A stretch of DNA of 64,000 nucleotides from the human T2T-CHM13v2.0 reference genome, Homo sapiens. The DNA is taken from NCBI RefSeq assembly GCF_009914755.1, contig NC_060928.1; one strand, written 5' to 3'. This document shows, one piece after another, positions 40,430 to 50,095 of this stretch. The position numbers and the translations under genes are program-made. Numbering within the stretch: position 1 is the stretch's first letter; every line of letters begins with the position of its first letter. Below the pieces are notes generated by a model. That model worked only from the letters and a program-made list of their open reading frames with translations, had not been told where the DNA came from and did no database searches.

Positions 40430-41440
40430 TGCCTGACCCGGCGGTCCCCTTCTGCACGCCTGAAAGCCTCGCGTGTTAAAGGAGGAAGTGGCTGCGGAGA
40501 CCCTCGAGTCTGCACGGGCAAGAGGCACAAACAGCTGCTACCCGGCCCCTTCAGTTCCAAGCTGGCTCTTTAGGACAGGAGGAGAAAACGGACAGACCCC
40601 AAAGGGGAGAAAGGGAAGGCGCATGTGATGCTGACTAAAATGGACAGGTGTCACCTTCAGGTGGGCAGCGACACTCGGCTGAGACTTGACCCCCGGGGAG
40701 GCGGTGGAGCAGCAGGGCAGGGTGCTGTTGGCCTTGCCTCAGTAGTGGGGCAAGAACCTGTCTCCTCTTCCCCAAAATGAATCCAGAGGTTCGGCCCATT
40801 ATATCCCTCCCCCCCGCCCCCCAGCCCTTTGAGAGGCTTCCAAAGGCCCCAGGCATGCATTCCTAGGACTAGGGCTAGGCGAGGGTTGCTGGGCCACATT
40901 TTCCTTTTGGAGAGCTGCGCATCTGTGTGGCAAGAGGGGCCCACGGGAGGGCGATGCCGCCAGCTCGGTCCCATTATCCCGAGCACGACCGGCTGCGTTC
41001 ACACCGCAAAGTCACCAGCCGCGCCGGGCAGAGTTTGCTGAGAGCGGCCAGAGGCTTGCAAAACAGACAGCGATGTCTTGCATTTCTTCTCCCGCTCCAG
41101 TTTTTATTGCTGCGGAGGGCACGACGTGAGCTGCCCGCCATCCCCGCCCTCTCTTGACAACAGCTCAGTGAGGTAAAAAGCATGATGGTCACGTAGCGAG
41201 CTGCCTCTCTGCTTTCCAGGGATTCATCCGAAGGAGGAAGCGTGTGGTAGTTTGGCACTGCACAACATCAGCTTTTCCTAACGGCCTCAAATGATGGAAC
41301 TTCTTTGTGTGAGAGACAGAGAGAGACCCAAATTTAACACACGTAAGCTGCCTGGATTACAGGCGCAGGCAGACGTAGAGGAGGACCCCTGCGCGCTTTG
41401 TCCACCAGCGACGCCTGGCATAGAGTGCGCAGGGCCGTAT
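40430..41440. promoter_or_regulatory. CpG-rich segment 1 (core ~40940-41140)
   Basis: Dense non-repeat CpGs compared with the AT-rich flanks. Confidence 0.75.
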
Positions 41441-42059
41441 TAATGAGTTCTAGAGTATTTTTTTCTATTTTGCAACCATAGTGTGAACGTTCAGCATTGC
41501 ATACTGAAAAACTTTGAATCTCATGTAAGAAGGAACTGGGCTAGAGACAGGAGCCAAGATTTATTACCATTTCTAAGTTTTATGAGTTCTATTGTTTTCC
41601 TACCTTTATTACCAGCGTTAGCTGTAATGAGGATTCTAGAAAAAAGAGCTGGAAAAAAGAAGCATCCCCTAACTCCCACAATGTAGCACTTCAGTTCTGG
41701 CCTCTTTAGGATTGGGGCAGTGTCTCATCTCTTTATTGTGTATTCGTAGACAGTAAGAGGGAGTCTCACTTACTACTTGGAAAAGTTTTAAAGACCTAAT
41801 ACTTTTGTGTGTGTGTGGGAACTAGGCCACAAAAGTGCTTTATGAAAGAGTTTCCTTACGATCATGTCCGGATTCAAATTTCAAGTAGTTTGCATGATCT
41901 TCATGTAATATCTGGGACACACCTTCATAATTGACAAGCCTTTTTTTTATATAATAATAAGAATGGCTAAATGAGTGAGGGATATCATTCATCCGCCCCC
42001 ATGACCTTATCTTTTTCAAGTGTGAAATTCAGTGGCAGAAGGAGATGGATCTATCCCAG

Positions 42060-43370
42060 GGCGACTCTAGATTCTTCCCGCAAAGATATGCGTGCTGCTT
42101 TCCGTCACTAGCGCCCCGAGAGCCGGGTCGGGTTCGCTTACTACCAAGACTTCTCTACTTAACGCGCTGCGCTCGGGCACTTAGCAACTTCGGGAACACG
42201 GGCTGTGGGTCTGGGCACACCACCTCGAGTTTAGGGATTCTCCTCACTTCTAGCCCAAACTTTGGATAAACTAACATAAAGGTTCAGGCTTTCCTAGGAG
42301 GCGTCGTCCTTGTTCTCCCAGTGCTCGATCTGTTTCTGGTTCTGCACGGTAGTTAAAAATGCAAGTGGATTTCCTAACGGCCGAGTACAGGTACAGGTGG
42401 AGGTCGGCGGAATCCTCTGCTCTGAAGCTGAAAGTGGAGGGTGGCGCGAGGCGGCTGGCGCGACGAGGCTGAGAGCGCACCAGTCTCCGCCACGCTTCCA
42501 AGGACAGGTTGGCGACGGCCGGGGCAGGCCTGGTCGCGGGCTCCTAGCCCTCCACGGGCAGACTGCTGGTCCCAGGAGAGGGCGGGGAGATGCTCGGGCG
42601 CGCACCAGGGAGCCGCACTCACTCGGCAGCCCCAAGCACGCACGCCCCACCTCTGCCGCCGCCCCGTCCCGGACCCGAAAGGAGCCTGAAGGATCCCGCC
42701 GACCACCCAGCCAGAGAGCGGTTCGGCTCAGGTCGCCCATTCGGAGCTACAAAACTCTGGAACCTCCAGCAGTTTCGGAAGCTCCGGGGGAGGGCTTTCC
42801 TGCAGACAGGGGGCGGGAGCTAGGGAGCCGGGAGCCAGCGCTGCGGTGGGAACTTCAGTGAGTAGAAAGTGGCCAGTGTCTTGGGAGGAGCAGCAAACTT
42901 TTTTTTTCCCTCCCACAGCAAACAAAATCGAGGCAGGGACAGTGTCCGGCCGCTAATCTGAGGGGAGAATGGAGAGGAAAGAAGAGTAGTAAAAGTGGGG
43001 AGTGGAGCCTTCGGAGGACTCCCGGGTCCGCCCCTGGCCAGGTGATGCGGGGCGGAGGCCTAGGTGCTTGAACCTGGGGGGCAGACAATTGTTCTGCTGC
43101 AGTGCCCACCAGGGGCTGGTAAGGAAGTCTGAGTGTTTACTGCCTCCCTTCCCTGTCCAAAGGTCATTTGCGCTTTTCGGTCTCGGACGAAAGAACACTG
43201 TGGAAAGGAAGGCGCGGGTCATTTTCAGAGGCTCTGCAAAGGACGGGCCGCCTACCGGGGGTGGAAATCCTTAATTACACCCTTCTGCCTCGGAATCCGT
43301 CTTCCCGGCAGTGTCTTGCACTGCCACCTCCTCGGGTGACTCAGCTGACCTGAAATGCCCACCCTACGGA
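42060..43370. promoter_or_regulatory. CpG island segment 2
   Basis: GC-rich and CpG-dense; contains an ARE/AP-1 match GTGACTCAGC at 43336-43345. Confidence 0.82.
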
Positions 43371-43799
43371 AGATCAAGAAAAGTAGTTTTCTAAGAAGGT
43401 TAGAGGTTTGATTACACAGAGAAGTGTTTCCACTTAAGTCCAAAGCAATTACCCGCCCCCTCCCCCAGGGCCGCCTCCCCGCCACCCGCAGCAGAAAAGG
43501 ACAGACCCCCACGCACGTACCCCCATTTTGTTGGTGCGTGTGAATTTCAAATGGCGCAGTAAGTTCATTAGTGTTTTCAATCGGCGGCGGGCAGACCCCT
43601 CATCAGAGCCGAAAGCCGGCAAGAGCCATTCATCAGCGTGAAGTGTTATTCACGGATGACCCCTAAATCACGGCGAGAGTAGTAGAGGCACTGATTGGTC
43701 ACAGCATGGGAGCCTCGGTGCTTTCCCGAACCCGACGCGGCCGGGAGGAGGGAAGGAGGGAGGGGCGGCGAACGTGGTTCAGTCCGGCAAATCCCATTT

Positions 43800-43979
43800 G
43801 ACAGAAAAAGGCAGTAAACGGGGAATCTCTTTTTTTGAATAAAGAAGAAGAAGAAATAAAGTACCTGTCATCTTGACAAGTGGCGGAGCGGAGGAGTCAA
43901 GGATTATAAATGATCACAGCCAGGTCCAGCTCGCCCCGTGATTGGGCTCTCCCGCGATCTGCACCGGGGGAAGCGCATG
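43800..43979 (+). other. TENM3: Candidate alternative first exon A (start uncertain, ~43800-43935)
   Basis: Ends GCGCATG|GTAGGC; preceded by TATA-like and CCAAT motifs. Confidence 0.5.
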
Positions 43980-44020
43980 GTAGGCTCCTCTCCTCTCCTC
44001 CTCTCCCTCGCACACTCCCG

Positions 44021-44045
44021 CACACACACACACACACACACACAC
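44021..44045. repeat. Promoter (CA)n microsatellite
   Basis: cacacacacacacacacacacacac. Confidence 0.95.
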
Positions 44046-44469
44046 GGACACGTGTACGCGCCCGGGCTCGGGCACACTCGGCCCGGCGCGTCCCCCGCCG
44101 CACAATTACGGTCCTGGATGCCGCTCCCTGGCCGGGCGTCCCGCGGGCCTCCTCACCTGGCCCTTCTCGCCTTCCTCCTCCCTCGCCTCCCCGGTCCTCC
44201 CGCTCGCGGGCTGAACCCCGAAAACTCCGGCCCGGCCTGGTCCGCCGCCTTGGAGGAGGCTGGAGGGGCCGGCGGGCGGGGAGAGGGGGAGCGCGGGGGA
44301 GAGAAAGAAAGTGAACTCATTGGCGCGCGGGCGCCCTCCCCTCCCGCGTCCCCGGGCCGCGCGGCCGGGGGCGGGCAGGGAAGGAAGTTGTAACACTCGC
44401 GCCCCCTCCCCGCCCCCGCCCCGCCGGCGCCCGCTCCCCGCTCCCTCGGCGGGGCCCCCCTCCCCCGCG

Positions 44470-44572
44470 CCCGGCTCCTTTGAATTTGGCCCGGCGCGGT
44501 GTGCGCGCGGCTCGGGCGGACGCGGCGGCTGCTGCCGGGGAGCGAGCCGGCGGCGCGGGCGAGCCGAGCGCG
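44470..44572 (+). other. TENM3: Candidate non-coding first exon B (start approximate)
   Basis: Consensus donor GCG|GTAAGT at 44573-44578 downstream of a GC-box cluster; no ATG in the exon; TCF/LEF-like CTTTGAA at 44478. Confidence 0.65.
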
Positions 44573-47500
44573 GTAAGTGCGGCGCCGCCGCCGGCGCGCC
44601 CTCCTTCCTTTATGGGGTCCTAGTGCCGGGCCGCGGCGCCGGGAGCTGGCGGGCGCGAGCTGGGACGGCGCGTGGCCCCGGGAGGCGGCGGACGCGGGGA
44701 CATCTTCTCAGCGCGCGGATTCTCTCCACGGTCCGGCCTCCCCGTCCCCGCCCCGCCCTCGCGCCAGCCACCTCCGGCCGCCGGCTCAGGTGGGAACTTC
44801 GCCGGCGCCTCTCGCCCGGGGAGCCAGGCGCCGCGCCCCCGTACTGGGGAGCCCCGGGGTCCCTGAGGAAGGCAGTCCGGAGGCTGGGCGCCCAGTGGGG
44901 GCGGGGAGGGGAGCCCGCCAGGTCCTCTTCGGCCCCCGATGTGTGGCGAGGCCCCGCGTCTTCTGCGGGGGCGTCTTAACAGGATCCTGGGGGGCTTCCA
45001 GCGAGCGGAAAGCCCCGGGATGTCACCGCTTTCCGGGGCAGGCAGGGGACAGAAGGCTTCTGCAGCGATCAGGGAGCCAAGTTGAAAAGGAGTGAAGGAG
45101 GGAGAGTGCGGGGCGAGGGGTAGCGTGGGGAGTGGTGGATCACGGCTGAAACTTGATCGGGAAACTCTGGATGGGGTTGGAAACACACACAAAATATCCT
45201 GAGCTGGGCGTTTCAAAAATTACGAATTTATGAGCCTGCAACTGAGATTCTAAGTCCCTCTCGTGTTTTACAACCGATTACAAAGAGCTTCACGTATTTT
45301 AGGTTGAGGCGGGTTGTGTCTGATTGATCTTTGCTGAGCATCTTACTATGCAGCTTGGATTCCATTCTTACTGCCTCACCTTTAAGGTAGCTGGAGTGGT
45401 AACTTGTTAATTTTTATTGTAGAGAGAGGGTAACAAGTACTTGTACCGTGTAATACATCACACACGTGTGTTTCCCCAAGTCACTGTAATTTGGAGGTAG
45501 AGAAAAGTTTCCAGGTACGTGTGAGGAGGTGCAATGGAAATGAAAGGCTGAGAGCTGTCCTAGACTTTTTACAGGGCCCCAGACGGCTGGGATGCCCGAG
45601 AACAGGCCTGTCTCTTCATCATGCTCTATTTCTTATCTTCTGACAATGTATTTTGTCAAACATTGGTAGACTCTGGCAGAATCCACTGGGTGGTCTTTTC
45701 ACTAGAAATAGACATATGTTGAGGCATTACCTTTCCCTTCTCTTGTCAAAAGAAAAAAGGTGGATATGGCATCTCTGGAAAGCTTGGAAGAGTATCCCAA
45801 AAGATGGTATTGTAACTGAACAGAACTTGGTGATTTGATCCCTTAGTGAATTTCTTTAAAATAATGACGCATATCCCTTTTTCCCCACTGCCTACTTGGA
45901 GAAGTATTTGTAGTCTTTATGTATTAATATATTGAGAACAGACTGACTTTAGAATTAAGAGCAACTGTGTAATAATAATTATCTATTTTAATATTTCAAT
46001 TAAAACAAGATTTTATAAATTCAACAATCTTGCTTTGTGCATTCCTTAATACACTTTTAATTATCTAAAACTTCGAGCATGTATATCTTAATATATAAAA
46101 TTCTTGTATGAGCCCTGAAAGTTTGGATTTGTAATTCTAAATGCAGAGTAAATATTTAATTCTTGATCTAAGAGTGAGAGGTTAGTTCAGTAATAAGACT
46201 TGCTAATCCCACTTTAAAATGTCATGGCATTCACAAATTATTCCTAAATTCTTCAAAGATAGGAGTTTATAATGAGTTTAGTTATTCTATTGTGTATTTC
46301 AGGATTGTCTGTATCTCTTCCTGTTGCATTTCCCTTAACAATCTTGTTCTTTTTTTCTTACACGAATTTTATTATTCCTCTTAATCAAAGATTTTTTTCT
46401 AATAGTAAACAAATATATCTTATGTTAAATAACTTAGAAAAGAATAGTTAGAAAAAGTAGTTCAAATCAAACACACATTTTACATGCACTGCACAGTTTT
46501 TATAAAAAATGTAGTTGTACTAATCACCATGCTAACGTTTATATATTTGGAAAACTCTGTGAACCCCCTGTGCCAATAGCTTTATGTTAGCAACCTATGC
46601 ACCCTAATGAGGATTACTTGATTATTGGGAATAAAGCAGATAGATTTATGGAATTGTGACTAGTTATTCCTCCAAACGGGATTATTTTGCATGGCTGTGT
46701 TTATTTTCTAGAAAGATGTTTTAGGTAAATTATTGAGGCTTTTCTTACTATGATTCTGTAGGCGTGTCATCAGTCTTTTGGTTAGAAAAGGGAACCTGCC
46801 TTATTAGGGTGAAGACAAAGAAAGATAAGGATGCTTATCTTTGAATAGAAAAAAGCTCCTAAAGAGAGTGAAAACTTTTAAACTTATTCAGAAAGGAAAC
46901 CTAGCTAAACAATAATGATCCAGTTAGTAAGTTCAAGCTACTCTTTCTTAGCTTTGCTTCTGGGAGCCAAGAGTAATTATTCTGTTTGTAAAGAGTCAAG
47001 CAAAGAAGATAGCAGGAAGAAGCGCGTGGCTATCGTTGTGAGTAGAGTGACCTGTCAGAAATACTGAATCACCGTTAGGCTCGGTGTACAAAAAATGATG
47101 TCTTTGCAATAGCTGTTAATGTATGTTTGGAGATGCTGAAGTTTATCCTACCTATAGGGATACTAGGGAATAAGTTCAGAGCATGGTCATTGTCTGATAT
47201 GAAAGCCCAACAAAGCCAAGTTTATTAGTTTATTAATATTGGTTATTTAAATAAATGCATGTGCCTCCTTTTTATTAAACTTTATTTTACCCTGTAAAAA
47301 TTTGATTTCTGGATGGTGGTTGAATATCATCCAAGTTTTATATTTATTTGAATCAGTGTGTTCAGCAGCTGTGATGAATTGTCTGCCCTTTTCTGGAAGC
47401 TGTGCAACCTGTTAAGCATGTTGAATTACACATTGCTCATCTACCCTGTGTTTCGTTTGATAGTCAGATATCCGTTTGGACTTCGAGGGCATACTTTTTT

Positions 47501-48770
47501 TTACTTAGGTTGAGAATATGAGCAAAGAATATAATAGTTTGCCACCAAACGTTTACCGTGGTCCATAACCAATTACATATTCCTTTAAATTTCTAGTTGA
47601 AGTTAGTGTTGTGTTCATAGTTGCCTTGTAAAGTGGAATGATAGCCCGTAGGAAAATTGAACACATGCATTCGGAGTAAAGTCTGTTGAAAAGATAACAC
47701 AATATTACGTTATTTAAAAGTTTCGACAACTAAGTTTTAAAAATTATTTTACGTAAGCTTCTTTTAGAATACATTTAAAACTTATTTTTGGAAACATCAG
47801 CTGGTTTAACAGACCTGATGGAAATTTTGTGCTTCAAAATAAAATAAAATAAAATAAACCTTAGTCTGAAAACTAATTGTTGTGTCTTATAAAACCTGAT
47901 TTATTTTATACTTTTTTATACCAAGCATGACCATTATGAAGCTCTCCTTCTAATTGAGATTAATGTTTCTGAGCAAAGAAGTGGTTTGGAGGGCTGCGTT
48001 CATTTTGAGTGCTGTTGTAATCAATTTTAGATACAGCATTGCACAATGGATCAGTTTGCATCCAAACCTGCCTTATTATGTAGAATTAACTTGTTGGTGA
48101 TTGATAGTGATACTTCTCCATCTTGAAAAGTCATTTGTTTCCAAACGAGTGTGATGGCTTGTATGAGTTTCAAAAGATTGCTTCTCATAATTAAAACATC
48201 CTATTGGGGACCTAATTTGAACTTTTTCTAAGAATTATATAAAACATGAGGAAGCAATTCATTAACATATATTCAACTCAAATAGCCTATTTTCCCAAAA
48301 TGCAATATGCCTCAAGGCATATTTTCTTGCCCATCAAAGGATTTTATGGCCTTTTGAGTCATTAATACTAACTGTAATCCATCTAGGTTATTTCCTTTTT
48401 TGTTTGTATTAACATTCTAGTTCAGTTTTTCAGAGATTTCTTAGAATTTTGGATGGACCTCTTGTGCATGTGTTATAACTTTATTTCATAAGATGGTGTA
48501 ATCCTGACAATGAAAGATAATGCATGTGGAGGTAATTCCTTAATGGAAATGTGAAGAGATGGTGAACGTTATCATCCCCACTGTGATATTTGCATTTGTT
48601 TCTTATCTGTACCTGGTCATCTTTGGTTTTATCAGCTTTTAAGTCTCTTCTGAAAGACCACTTTAAGATTTTCTTGGGCTTTGGTTCATATTGCATTGTG
48701 ATACATGTTGTCCCAATCAAATAAAAGATTAGGAGCACAGAATATAAGATTAATATAGATTAGCATTCTA

Positions 48771-48840
48771 ATATATCCACAGTATATCCATATATATCAA
48801 TATATATCCATATATATCAACGTATATCCGTAGTATATAT
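48771..48840. repeat. AT-rich short tandem repeat (atatatcc/atatatca units)
   Basis: Seen directly. Confidence 0.8.
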
Positions 48841-50003
48841 GATTTCTAAAGAAAGATGTAACTGCTTTCTAGTGCGTGTAAACTTCCCACAATGGCATTA
48901 CTCTTTACTTTCAGGAAGGAAAAAAACTTGATAAGAACTATGTATCTTTATTTTATTCTCTGTAATGATAGATTCTTGGCATCGGATTGGTGTTTTTCCA
49001 GCTTAAGACATCCATTTAAAATAGTTTTAAATGCTAAAATAATGCAGTTAAATTACCATTTTCAAAATGTTATTTTACACAAGTGCTAGAGTATAAACTA
49101 TCAAAATGCAGAAACATGCCCTGAGATACACAGATGTTTCGTACACTGAAACTACAATAGGATTCATTCTTTTGAAGGAATTGCAATAAAATTTTCTGTA
49201 GTTTTGGTTAAATAACCCAGGTGATTGCCTAGCTAGAACAGCTACATGGAATTTACTAAAAATAGTGATCTACTCAAACCCATGTCTTTCTATTTTAAAT
49301 TAGTCACTGCAAATTAATGTCAGTATCATAGAATGAACTCATAAGTCATATGAGTGGATGACTGAAACCATATCATGTAATAATAATAATAATAATGAGA
49401 TTTTACTTCCCTGTTGATAACTTTCTTGGAATCTTGGAAGAGCTAGGATCGGGTAGCACTGACTTTTCAAACAAGTTTGTGATAGGTGGCAGTCTTAACC
49501 GAGTTCCTTGACTTCCTTCAGAAAATAGGTAATTCTTATATGTTTAGGAGCATGTGTGGAGTGAAATGTAGCATAACACTAAACTATGCTTATATTCTTT
49601 TTTGTAAGTTTAGGAGTCAATCATTACTTATGGAGATGTGGCATTTATTACTATTATTACTTACTATTTGACCCACATTCATAGTTCTGTAGTTTGTACT
49701 AGAGCATGCAAAAACACAGTGATACCTTCTGAAAATACCTTGGGGAAGACATAGTGCCTGTATTCACACTTGCATTTAATGATATAAAATTGTATCATTT
49801 ATATAATTATATAAAAGTCATGGGATACAAAAATTGCGTTTGTTGATAGTATATTCTCAAATATTGTGGAGTAGTTTTTACTTCTGTTAGAGTAGTTGGG
49901 GAGAGGTGGGGATAATGTGATTTGGTTGCCCTGGGATGGGATCATATTAATAATAACCAGCTATTTTATAACTGGGTCTACTTGGTGTCTGCCTCAAAAC
50001 CAA

Positions 50004-50095
50004 AAAAAGATAAGGGAAGGAGGAAGGGAGGAAGAAAGGAAAAGAGGAAGGGAGGGGAGTAAGAGAAAGAGAGAGAAAGAGGAGAAAATAGGAAA
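50004..50095 (+). repeat. GA-rich low-complexity tract
   Basis: Polypurine run. Confidence 0.85.

Larger units (their letters stand above)
38820..44330 (-). ncRNA. TENM3-AS1: Candidate antisense lncRNA; ends approximate, exon structure inferred
   Basis: - strand donor CAG|GTGAGG at 44157/44156. Strong acceptors ...ttctcccctcag| (42958), ...ctgtctgcag| (42800) and ...ttttttctag| (41636). Poly(A) signal at 38841. The name rests on my recollection of the ~5.5-kb MGC45800/TENM3-AS1 unit, not on an alignment. Confidence 0.45.
43450..45150. promoter_or_regulatory. TENM3: Main CpG-island promoter, probably bidirectional
   Basis: Very high GC/CpG, GC boxes (44402-44422 and others), ATTGG boxes at 43694 and 43941, TATAAA at 43905, YY1-like AAATGGCG at 43549, two + and one - strand splice donors. 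The promoter call is strong; the gene name is from recollection only (about 0.6). Confidence 0.85.

Noticed and set aside
42858-42918. Apparent + strand intron GTGAGT...CACAG
   Set aside because: Only 61 nt, at or below the practical lower limit for human introns; no supporting exon evidence.
43098-43120. CTCF-like ccaccaggggctg; also a REST-like cagca...ggacag near 43488
   Set aside because: Key positions or spacing deviate from consensus; cannot be scored without a matrix.
42045-45216. Overlapping R/P/G/A-rich ORFs up to 222 aa
   Set aside because: Expected in a CpG island where stop codons are rare; present in all frames and both strands, with no recognisable domain.
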